Positions 23,785-34,539 of a stretch of 64,000 nt of DNA are shown one piece after another. Origin of the DNA: Mobula birostris. Its lineage: Eukaryota. The notes under the pieces were generated by a model that was not told the DNA's origin, did no database searches, and saw only the letters and a list, made by a program, of their open reading frames with translations. Position numbers and translations under genes: made by a program. Position 1 is the first letter of the stretch. Every line of letters starts with the position of its first letter. The DNA lies in assembly GCF_030028105.1 (NCBI RefSeq), contig NC_092370.1, forward strand, positions 71,474,098-71,538,097. The letters run 5' to 3'.

Positions 23785-24330
23785 ATTGATGGCTTCCGCT
23801 GGTCAGCGTTGACCATGGATGATGCGTCCTAGCTGATGAAGTTGATACACAAGCCAGGGTAGTACAATATAGAGAGCAAGCTGTTGCTCGCGCAGCAGAC
23901 TCCCCCTCTCCACACACCTGATGAATCCAAAGGAACGACAAAGACTGATACAGTTTGGCACTAGCGACGTGGCAAGAGTTGCCCGTCAGCATTGAACTCA
24001 AATTAGGCCTGCCTTAGGGACTCCAGCTCCAAATTTTTCCTTGGGATTTACTCTCAAAGCCTTCCTCACAAGTGGGTGTATCTGCAAGGCAGCAGAGGTT
24101 TGAGATCAGACTTTCTTCTCCTTTATCAACCGCCAACCACGGCTGACAAGCCTCATCTGCCCAAAGTGACTGGTTTTAAGGTGCCAATAACCTGCCTTTG
24201 CCCCTTCTCCTGTCAGTAGAAATGGTTCTACCAGGCTTAGTAAGCAAGCCATATGTGAAGGTCAGGAGCCAGGTTGGTTGCCAGAAGCTATTTGAGACAC
24301 ACGCCACTGGCAGCATTTAATGGATAGTGG
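23785..24330 (-). mobile_element. RTE-related bipartite non-autonomous element
   Basis: Shares gtggagagggg and the ccatggtc..gac 3' stem-loop with the SINE at 38595-38904. Confidence 0.55.
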
Positions 24331-25706
24331 TCCCTATAAAGTTTTCGTTAACAGCCCCTTCTATGACTACAAAGTGCAGCAAGCTGCTGTAATAGCCTAC
24401 GGTCTACCTCCATGTCACCACCAAGAGGGATATGCAAATGCTCAGAGGTATCATTTTGGTGCACAGAAAGATCACTCGAGATACCAATGAGCCTCCATCC
24501 CAAGTGCGAGTTGTGTGTAAATTAAGGTTGTAGATTCTTGAGGAATAGGCAGCTATAAAATGCAGTTTGAATGCTGGCTCTTGAAATGTTGCCACTTCAG
24601 TGAGAACAAATTTCTAAAATGTTTACTGTTCTACAAGCAAATAAGAACACCTATTTTTCAGATCAGCAAGGTTGAAACTCCTGCAGGAACAATGCCATTG
24701 TTGACATTATTTAGGAGAGTTTTCTGCCAGAAATTAGAATTCATCCTTATTTAAAGCACAAATTAACTGAAGCAACATGAGAGATTACAACCGAAGTATT
24801 AATGGGCTGGGGAGTGGTTGGTGGTGGGGGGGTGGGGATAGCAGTGCCATAAAAGTTGCTTTCAACAGGCATCTGTCTGCTGTGCTGGGAAAACACCAGC
24901 CTCTCTAAAGATAATTGATGCTACTTTCACAAAGGCGAGATTTTAACAGGAAAGGGTTGCTAGTACACAAAAAAAAGGGAAAACAAAAATTATAGATGAT
25001 TCAAAACATGTGCAAATGATTCCCGTTTCCAGGCTCACATTTCACTGCCAGACTTCCTGGTGGATTTTTGATAGCATTTGAATTTTCCAGCTGTTAGTAA
25101 AAGGTTTGTAAATAATTACAATTTTGCTCTACTCCAAGTTAAACTCATTTTCAAGTGCACATCCTTCCACATTGTACAAATTTATAGCCCATTGATATTT
25201 TACAGTAGTTAAATCACAGTGCAGAGATAAAGCTGTATTAAGATCTACTGTACTTTTCTAATTATAAAATGCAAAATATGGCTAGTGATCCATCCTTCAA
25301 AGCAACATAGTAATCGTCATTCTCTGGTGCTGCTTTGATGGTTCGTAAACAAAACTCCACAGAAATCCTGGGAGACATTAACAGACGTTGCCACAGTGTC
25401 TAATCAGATAGCCATTTGCATAAAGTATCAAGTGTAATTTAAAATGTGTTGCACTAGATGTGGAAAGGGAATAATAGATCTATATTGGTATATTTGAAAT
25501 GAAGGTTATTATCAAAAACACATCCCTTAGGGACTTGAGCTCATCACCCTCTGCACTCTCATAAAGACTAGTTGTACCTCAAAAGGCCTAACTGTATTGA
25601 TATTTTCACATGAACTGTGAAATGCTAAAGGAAGAAAAGTCACTTTAATATGAAAGAAACCTTTGTTGCATTACTTGCTGGTACACAAAAGCCATCTGAA
25701 CACTAA

Positions 25707-27284
25707 CATTGGACAACACAGATTTTGCTTCCTGAATACTTCTGAGTGTACCTTATGAGTTTTGGGCTGCTGATCATTAAAATTGCCATTTTTTTACATC
25801 ATCTTTATTTCAATTCATAATTCAAGTCAGAATAATTGACGCCAAGATTAAAGGCAGCATTTTTGTTGGTCCACAAATCAAACAGGTCATCAATGTCAGG
25901 CAACTTGAAGAACTTCTAGTGGATCCGGAGAAAATCACATGTTAGGCATTCAAGAATGTTGTTGAAAATTTTCTCGGCATTTGCAGAGCATCAAACTATG
26001 TGCAGGTAGTTGACAACATGTTTCAAGCATACAAAACCACAAAGTGCAGCATGTCGCTAAAGATTCATTTTCTACATTCCCATTTAGAATTCTTCCCTGC
26101 AAATCTTGACGCTGTCAGTGATGAGCATGGTGAAAGGTTTCACCAGAACATTGGGGTCATGGAGAAACAATAACAGGACAACTGGAATCCATCAATACTG
26201 GCTGATTATTGTTGGACACTTCAGTGAGAAGCCTCAGAGTACAAATGAAAATCATCAACAAAAAAAATGTGAAGTTATCCACTTTGGTGGCAAAAATAGG
26301 AAAACAGATTATTATCTGAATGGTGGCCGATTAGGAAAAGGGGAGGTGCAACGTGACCTGGGTGTCATTATACACCAGTCATTGAAAGTGGGCATGCAGG
26401 TACAGCAGGCGGTGAAAAAGGCGAATGGTATGCTGGCATTTATAGCGAGAGGATTTGAGTACAGGAGCAAGGAGGTGCTACTGCAGTTGTACAAGGCCTT
26501 GGTGAGACCACACCTGGAGTATTGTGTGCAGTTTTGGTCCCCTAATCTGAGGAAAGACATCCTTGCCATAGAGGGAGTACAGAGAAGGTTCACCAGATTG
26601 ATTCCTGGGATGGCAAGACTTTCATATGAAGAAAGAATGGATGAACTGGGCTTGTACTCGTTGGAATTTAGAAGATTGAGGGGGGATCTGATTGAAACGT
26701 ATGAGATCCTAAAGGGATTGGACAGGCTAGATGCAGGAAGATTGTTCCCGATGTTGGGGAAGTCCAGAACGAGGGATCACAGTTTGAGGATAGAGGGGAA
26801 GCCCTTTAGGGCCGAGATTAGGAAAAACTTCTTCACACAGAGAGTGGTGAATCTGTGGAATTCTCTGCCACAGGAAACAGTTGAGGCCAGTTCATTGGCT
26901 ATTTTTAAGAGGGAGTTAGATATGGCCCTTGTGGCTACGGGGGTCAGGGGGTATGGAGGGAAGGCTGGGGCGGTGTTCTGAGTTGGATGATCAGCCATGA
27001 TCATAATAAATGGCGGTGCAGGCTCGAAGGGCCGAATGGCCTACTCCTGCACCTATTTTCTATGTTTCTATGTTTCTATAAAACATTTTTAGCTTAATTG
27101 ACCTATTGTAAAGCATCAACACCATTATGCAATTAAACACATGATACTCAATTGAAGTTAATTTCTTGTTTCTACATGATACAGGTAGTCTAAAATTATA
27201 TTTGTGCTCTGCTTCAAGTGGTCTATCATAAACAAGAGTAATTTCTGAGGAAGCAACGCTTTTGACAAAATTTGTTGTCCAGTG
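25707..27284 (+). mobile_element. Internally deleted Chapaev3-like (CMC) DNA transposon interrupted by a CR1
   Basis: TIRs CATTGGACAACACAGATTTTG and CAAAATTTGTTGTCCAGTG with a 3-bp TSD TAA on both sides. Transposase C-terminal remnant MSLKIHFLHSHLEFFPANLDAVSDEHGERFHQNI at ~26051-26152. Confidence 0.75.
26265..27078 (+). mobile_element. Young 5'-truncated CR1-clade LINE
   Basis: Open ORF2 C-terminus (KCEVIHFG...LYKALVRPHLEYCVQFWSP...FFTQRVVNLWNSLP), 3'UTR and (TTCTATGT)n tail. Confidence 0.92.
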
Positions 27285-27369
27285 TAATTTAACCCTAGCC
27301 AATCAATGGCATTGATTTAAATATTAACAAAGCCTTTGAGCAAACACTCATACACTTACATAGCTTAAT

Positions 27370-27555
27370 TACACCCAGCGGCCACTTTATTAGGTACACC
27401 TGTACAGGTACACATTAATGCAAGTATCTAATCAGACAATTATGTCGTAGCAAATCAATGCATAAAAGTATTTAAACATGGTCAAGAGTTTAGATGTTGG
27501 TCAGACCAAAAATCAGAATGGGGAAGAAATGTGATCTAAGTGACTTCTACCGTTC
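27370..27555 (+). mobile_element. Tc1/mariner-like left end
   Basis: TA-CACCCAGCGGCCACTTTATTAGGTACAC, a Tc1-type terminus. Confidence 0.65.
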
Positions 27556-27678
27556 AGCCATTTTTGAATTATCAGAACTTTTCAGTCTGGTTATATTGCA
27601 CCCTGAAATGTCTTAAACTTGAAAGAATAGAAGGTATTATAAATTTGTAAAAGTACATGAGGAAAAAAATTAACTTAC

Positions 27679-27721
27679 AAGGAATAGGGGCCGTCCTTCC
27701 TGCAGTTTTATACCTGTTCAC
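27679..27721 (-). other. Candidate small alternative 5'UTR exon (43 nt, or 35 nt from an internal acceptor)
   Basis: ctctctcaatcttgcatag| acceptor and |gtaagt donor, 73 nt downstream of the 154-nt exon. Confidence 0.35.
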
Positions 27722-27794
27722 CTATGCAAGATTGAGAGAGCCATGAATTGAATTGATGTACAGAATTAACGACTTGTCTGCTCAGCATACTCAC

Positions 27795-27948
27795 GTCTCA
27801 TGGCCATTAGCAGTGTTGTTAATTGTATCCAGGTGACCATAACTTGGGACAGGAATACTGACAGTTTAGAAGATGCATTTGTTTCCTCAGCCATTGAAAG
27901 ACACCTTAGCTTCTTCCTCACTTTGTATCTTTAATTCACATTTGATAT
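27795..27948 (-). other. TRIQK: Candidate TRIQK 5'UTR exon (154 nt)
   Basis: Non-repetitive segment bounded by ttgcag| and a strong |gtgagt donor, same strand as TRIQK, between the promoter and the coding exon. The polypyrimidine tract is weak. Confidence 0.55.
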
Positions 27949-28787
27949 CTGCAATCAATGTAGCTGTGAAGTACACGTTTTATTAACTCTGAATTCAGAA
28001 AGTGCAGGTTAGATACATCCCAAAGAAGAGCAAGTATTCTAAAAAGAGAATGAGGCAACCGTGGGTGACAAAGGAAGTCAAAGCACAACAGCAAAAGAGA
28101 AGACATAAAATATAGCAAAAATTAGTGGGAAATTAGAGGATTGGAAAACTTTTAAAAACCAATATAAGGCAACTACAAAGGTCATAAGCAGAGAAAAAAA
28201 ATTGAAATATGGAGGTAAACTAGTCAATAATATAAAAGAGGATACCAAAAGATTTTTCAGACAGTAAAAGAGATGTCAAGGAAAATATGGACAAACATAA
28301 TATTTTGCATTTGTCTTTACTGTCAAAGCCACTAGTAGTATGCCCAAATTTCAGGAATGTCAAGGGACAGAATTGAGTGTAGAACCTGAAAGGTGAAGGT
28401 AGAACTTTGATCAGATGGACTATACCCCAGGGTTCTAAAAGAGGTAGCTAAAGAGATTATGGAGGCATTAGCAGTGATCATTCAATAATCACTACACTTT
28501 GGAATGGTTTTGGAGCACTGAAAAGTAGAAAATATCACTCTGTTCTATAAGATGGGAAGGAGGCAAAAGATAGGAAAACGATAGACCAGTTAGCCTCACT
28601 TCAGTGGTTGATAAGATGTCAGAGTCCATTATTAAGGTTGAAGTTTCGGGGTACTTGAAGGAACATGAAAAAATAGGCCAAAGTCAGCATGGTTTCCTTG
28701 AAGGGAAATCTTGCCTAACAAATCTGTTAGAATACTTTGAGACAATTATAGGCAGAATAGACAAAGGAGAGTCTATGGATGTTGTCT

Positions 28788-29136
28788 AGGACGCTGTCGA
28801 AGTTGCATGCCATTTTGGTCAATATCTCCCATCCACTACATAATGTACTGGGTGGGCAATGGAGTACATTCAGCCAGAGACTCATTCCACTGAGATGCAA
28901 CACAGAGCGTCATAGGAAGTCATTCCTGCCTGTGGCCATCAAACTTTACAACTTCTCTCTTGGAGGGTCAGACACCCTGAGCCAATAGGCTGGTCCTGGA
29001 CTTATTTCATAATTTACTGGCATAATTTACATATTACTATTTAACTATTTATGGTTCTATTGCTATTTATTATTTATGGTGCAACTGTAACGAAAACCAA
29101 TTTCCCCTGGGATCAATAAAGTATGACTATGACTAT
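28788..29136 (+). mobile_element. Rex1/Babar-type 3' end
   Basis: LHAILVNISHPLH...RKSFLPVAIKLYN, with an AATAAAG(TATGAC)n tail. Close copy at 44765-45109. Confidence 0.85.
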
Positions 29137-29471
29137 ACTTGGATTTTCAGAAGGCCATTGACAAGGAGCCATATATAAAGCTGATAAACAAGATAAGAAT
29201 CCATGGTGTAACAGGAAAGATATGAGCCTGAATAGAAAATTGGCGAGTGGCAGGAGGCAAAGAGCAGGAATAAAGGAGGCCTTTTCTGGTTGGCTGCCAG
29301 TGACTAGTGGTGTTCCGAGGGGTCAGGTTGGAACCGATTCTTTTTGTGTTACATATCAATGATTTGGGTAAGTAAATTGATGGCCTTGTAGTCAAGTCTG
29401 TGGATGATGCAAAGATAGATGGAGGGACAGGTAACGTTGAGGAAACAGGGAGTCTGCTGAAGGACTGTGAC

Positions 29472-29550
29472 CAGGGGTTCCTAACCTTTCTTATTTCATG
29501 GACCCCTACCATTAACCAAGTGGTCCCTGGTCCTAGGTTGAGAACTCCCG
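29472..29550. mobile_element. hAT-like MITE (79 bp)
   Basis: TIRs CAGGGGTTCCTAACC and GGTTGAGAACTCCCG, with a degenerate 8-bp TSD (actgtgac / acttaggc). Confidence 0.7.
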
Positions 29551-29843
29551 ACTTAGGCAGATTAGGAGAATAGGCAAAGAAGTAGGAGATGGAATACAGT
29601 ATAAGAAAGTGTATGGCCTTACACTTTGGTAGAGGAATAAAGGTGTAGACTACTTTCAGAAATCAGATGTACAAAGGGACTTGGGAGTCCTTGTGGAGGA
29701 TTCCCTAAACATTAACCTGCAGTTTGAATCCATGGTAAGGAAGGGAACTACAATGTTCGCATTCATTTTGAGAGGACTAGAATATAAAAGGATGTAATGC
29801 TGAAGCTTCATAAGGCATTGGTCAGACCACACTTGGAGCATTG

Positions 29844-29959
29844 GACTAACTTCCTTCAGTTAGTCCTGATGAAGGGTCTCGGCCTGAAATGTTGACTGCA
29901 TCTCTTCCTAGAGATGCTGCCTGGCCTGCTGCGTTCACCAGCAACTTTTATGTGTGTTG
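29844..29959 (+). mobile_element. Penelope-derived mini-element with hammerhead motif
   Basis: 12-bp TSD CTTGGAGCATTG (29832-29843 and 29960-29971); tagtc-CTGATGA-agggtctcggcct-GAAA-tgtt-gactg. Confidence 0.8.
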
Positions 29960-30679
29960 CTTGGAGCATTGTGAGTAGTTTTCTTCCTCTCATCTAAGAA
30001 AGGGTGTGCTGGCATAGGAGAGGGTCCAGAGGAGGTTCACAAAAATTATCCGGGGAATGAAAGAGTTAACATATGAGGAGCACCTGATGACTCTGGGCCT
30101 TTATTCGCAGAAATGTAGAAAAATAGGGTGGGGCAGTGTAATCTGACTGAAACCTGTCAAATACTGAAAGGCCTAGGTAGAGCAGGTGTGATGAGGATGT
30201 TTCCTATAGCTTGGGGGGGGGGGGGGGGAGGAGGAGAGAGGTTTGGACCAGAGGGAACAGTTTTAGAACAGAAACAAAGATAAGGAGGAATTTCTTTAGC
30301 TAAAAGGTGGTGAATCTGTGGAATACATTACCACAGATGGCTGTAGAGGCCAAGTCATTGGGTATATTTAAAGAGAAGGTTGTTAAGATTCTTGATTATC
30401 AACGGCATCAAAGTTTACAAGGGGAGTACAGGAGAATGAAGTTGAGAGGAATTTCAAAAATCAGCCATGATAAAATACTGGAGTAGACAATGGCTGAATG
30501 GCTAATTCTGCTCCTGAGTCTTATGGTGTAAGAGTATGGTATGTATTCTATACTCTAAATGACAACTGTGGCCTAAAGTTATTCAAATTTAGATTTAATA
30601 ATTCAATTCTAAAAATATGCGCATGCTGGAAATCTGAAATAAAATAGATCAGGCAACACCTGTGGAAAAGATTAAAGAT

Positions 30680-31090
30680 TAACTTTTTTTTCCATGTATA
30701 CATTGAAACACCAGAACATAATTGTACAGTGAAATGCGGCAGTTGTTTTAAATCAATACAGCGAGGATTATGCTCAGAGCAGCCCACAGGTGGGGCCACA
30801 CTTCCAGCACCAACATAGCATGCCCACAACTTACAAACCTTGACATTTGCGACCTCTGGATTTCAGAGGAAACCAGAGCGCCATACGGAAATCCACACAG
30901 TCATGGGAAGAATGTACAAACTCATGCGGAAACCCACATGGTCATGGGAAGAACGTACAAACTCGTGCGGAAACCCACACGGTCGTGGGAAGAACGTACA
31001 AACACCTCACAGACAGCTGGAGAAACCGAACCATAATCTCATAGCTGGCGCTGTAAAGCATTTTGCGAACCGCTACGATATTGCGCCACA
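30680..31090 (-). mobile_element. V-SINE-like element with an internal 41-bp triplication
   Basis: Repeat units start at 30886, 30927 and 30968. Confidence 0.75.
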
Positions 31091-32029
31091 CGCAAGACAG
31101 AGATGATGTTTCAGACATGCGAGATCCTTTGTCAGAACCGGAAAAAGAGAAAATTAATTAGTTTTCATTAGCAGAGGAGGTGGGGGAAGAAAGGACAGAA
31201 CAAGGTGAGTATCTCTGATAGGTTGAGAAAAGGGTAATATGGTAGTTAAAGGCGCATCAGCTCTTTCCCAGTTCTGATGAACAGTATCACCAGAAACATT
31301 AACTCTGCTTTCCCTTGCACAGGTGCTTCCTGACCAGTTGAATGTTTCCACCATTTTCTGTCTGAATAACATATTACTCAAACGATTACATGGGCTTACA
31401 ATCTCCTTCACTTGCCGACATGCTACTGTCTTATTGCAAAGCACTTGTAACACACGGTGATAACCTCTTAGAAACACAAGTGCCAGAATATGATTTTGTC
31501 ATAAGTGAAGTAACAACTATACTCTAGGTTCAACATGTTGCAGAGGTTTGTGACAGGTACTCTCGGAAAAGAGAGGAATAGTGAACAGAGAACATTCTGG
31601 GCACACTTGGCAAGTCAGGCAGCATTAACCTATCAGGGCAAAGACAATTCTACAGACCATTCTGATGACAGCATTTTGGTGTGATACGTTTCTCTTCCCA
31701 CATATCTCGCCTATCCTACCGATGCTTCTAACATTTTCTGTTTTATTTTTGATTTTCAGTGATGGTGTATGAGTTTACAACGTTGACAATTATTTTAATA
31801 GAAATTACCAATTTGGACACAGATACACAGGACGCAATTTTCAAATTTGCAGGTGACACAAAACTTCAAAGCAGAGGGAACTGAATTCAAAGTACGTATA
31901 TACAGTATAACCATATACAACCCTAAGATTCGTTTTCTTGTGGGTGTACTCAGTAAATCCATAACAGAATCCATGAAGGACCACAGCCAACAGGACAGAT
32001 AAACAACCAATGTGTATTGCACTTTATGA

Positions 32030-32432
32030 AAAACATGAATTTCTTCTGGTAAAACAAATTCCCACCCCTCCCCTCTTCTTCTATTCCCCACTCTGGCCTC
32101 TTAGCTCTTCTCACCTGCCTATCACCTCCCCCTGGGTCCCTCCTCTTCCCCTTTCTCCTATGGTCCACTCTCCTCTCCTATCAGATTTCTTCAACTCCAG
32201 CTCTTTACCTTTTCCACCCACAGGGCTTCATCTATCATCGAGATATCCTTTTATCCCCTTCCCCCACTTGTTTATTCTGGCATCCTCTCCCTTTCCTTTC
32301 CAGTCCTGAAGAAGGGACTTGGCTCAAAACATTGACAGTTCATTTTCATGGATGCTGCCTGACCTACTGAGTTCCTCTAGCATTTTGTGTATGTTGCTTT
32401 GGATTGTTCACACCTGCAGAATTTCTTATGAT
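32030..32432 (+). mobile_element. Penelope terminal fragment
   Basis: Pyrimidine-rich tract, degenerate cagtcctgaagaaggg motif and the terminal motif. Confidence 0.75.
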
Positions 32433-33580
32433 CATGAAAAATATGGATGCTTTGGAAAAGCAGGTAATTAACAAGCATGATTCTAGGCTTAATTCAGCTT
32501 AATCACGTAAATAGATGGGAAAGACGGTGGTTGCTTTCCTTCAAGCAAAAGTGTTTGAGAGAAAAAAAATAGTCAGAATCAAAAGAATTGAAATGTCTAC
32601 AAATCTTCAGAACCAGAAGATAATTAGCAAAAGATTGAAACTGAAATAAGAAAAAAAAAGCTTTCTTGGCAGTGAATCTTTGGGGTCTGGATTGCACTGC
32701 TAAGGCAGTAGTAGGAGGCAGATTTAACTGCAGACATCAAAAGGGAACTGAATAAATAGCTAAAAAGAAAGAGAAAATACAGGCTTTTGTGGAGAAGGCA
32801 TGGAGGGTGGAACCAGCTGTATGGCATTTACTGTATGGACACGATGAAATGAATGCATTTCTTCCATGCTGCTATTCTGATCACCCTTTTAGTTATTGAA
32901 TAAAACATTTTTGCTATCAATTTTAAAAGTATTGTTGCATCTCACCACGTTAGCCTTGAAGATATCTCCCCATGTTCACAGCACTCTTCTCTTTTTTTCA
33001 ATTTAATAAGACCCCACCCATTTTCACTCTAGCTCCACAATTCAGCTTACATTCTTCATCAGCTCATACTAGGAGAGAGTGGTTCTCAATGGACCATTAC
33101 CCTAGTATCAAATAAGCCTCTTATGAGCACTTCAGCCTGTTATCTGCTTTGGACGTACAATTCCAACTTTTCAACTTTCTTCAATCCAAAAATTGCTTTT
33201 TAACATCTCTGAGGGAGTACCATAAGTGATTTCACCACATGGATAGCAGTGGTTCTAAAATATGGTCTGCTATGATCTTCTAGACAAGAGCAGCCTTTCA
33301 AGCCACATCCAAGTCCAAAGATTCTATTTAGTTAATACTCTTTGCCAAACAGATCTACTTGCTCAAGGTGTTCAAGTCCATTATCAAGAAGATGAATTCT
33401 ATTTATTAAAACATATTTTGTTCACTGAAATTTAGCAGAATCCTATAATCAACTATATAATATAAATCCACATCATAAGGCCAAAATATATATCCTCTGG
33501 ATAATTTAATATAAAAGCAAACAGTTCCGAAGCAAAGCCACTGTTGGTTTCCAAGGAACTTCGTAGAGATCTTTGACTAC

Positions 33581-33641
33581 CTGCTTTGAGTACCTCCCTG
33601 CAGAGCTCCACAAATCTTCAATTGATCTGTCATTTATGGAT
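33581..33641 (-). other. Possible non-coding exon
   Basis: ctttattctctcag| acceptor and CAG|gtagtc donor in unique sequence. Supported by splice signals only. Confidence 0.25.
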
Positions 33642-34539
33642 CTGAGAGAATAAAGTTACAGATTTAAACTACACTTCCTGATTTTAATGTTTTAGTATTT
33701 TACGGTTTATTCTAAGATGATGCTTCTATGTTCAGGATGTTCCCATCCACTTACACCACATGATTACCCCAAGAGATCCTCCCAGCATCTTAAACACCAC
33801 TGTCAGATAAAGTCTCTGCTGTATGGAAGAAACCCTGCATTTATCCTGTAGTTCCAGTACAAGTCTGTTGACTGTAGAGCAAAGCATCCAAGGTTAACGT
33901 GCCCTTTGTGGTGCAGTATCCAGAACAGAACACTATGCTCTGGTGTCACCAGAGGTTCATACAGCTGTAACATAACACCAACTCCTAGAATTAAGGAGAA
34001 TTAAAGAGAAAATATTACAATATGCTTTCCAATCAGATTTGTCCAGTAATCTTCAGCATTTTCTGGAATTGAATACCTTAAACTCTGCTGCTTTTTACGA
34101 TGTTTACTATTTAGCAACTATTTTAAACCATTTATGACTAAAGTTCCAATGGTGGGGTAGAACCTGAAAAGCAGTACAGGGCTTTTGTAAACAGGGCAAC
34201 AAGCTGAGCAAGCAATAGCTACAGTATGTGGTGTAAAGAATCAGATTTGTGCACTGTCCATAGGCACGTAAGCCTCCAGACTACTAATCTGCATTTCCAG
34301 CTTTCCATCTGATTATCTCTTACTTTACAAAAAACAAAATCCATTTTTCATGACACAAGTCTGGCTGACAATGCCAGCACTAATTGCCTATCCCCAATTC
34401 TCCTTGGTAAAAATGGCGACCTACCCTTTTAAAAGATGCAGTACTTCTGGTAAAGGTACTCACAGACTGCTGTAGAATCTGGGATTTAGACTCACTGAGA
34501 GTGAAGGAAAACTAAATGTAATATTTTAATATTTTCCCT

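Larger units (their letters stand above)
27990..30530 (+). mobile_element. Decayed CR1 ORF2 with nested Rex1, hAT MITE and Penelope mini-element
   Basis: QSQHGFLEGKSCLTNLLE and LDFQKA motifs plus a 3' tail. The CR1 sequence resumes after each insert. Confidence 0.88.

Noticed and set aside
24200-24320. HDV-like ribozyme at the 5' end of the RTE-related element
   Set aside because: Only a vague P3/L3-like stretch (ccttcacatatggc on the minus strand). I could not build the double pseudoknot by eye.
26106-26981. 291-aa ORF as a host gene
   Set aside because: A chance fusion: an off-frame transposon segment runs into the CR1 ORF2 C-terminus.
30213-30240. Poly-G run as a functional G-quadruplex
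   Set aside because: A simple homopolymer expansion inside a dead CR1.
30886-31003. CRISPR-like repeats
   Set aside because: Tandem units with no spacers, inside a eukaryotic SINE.
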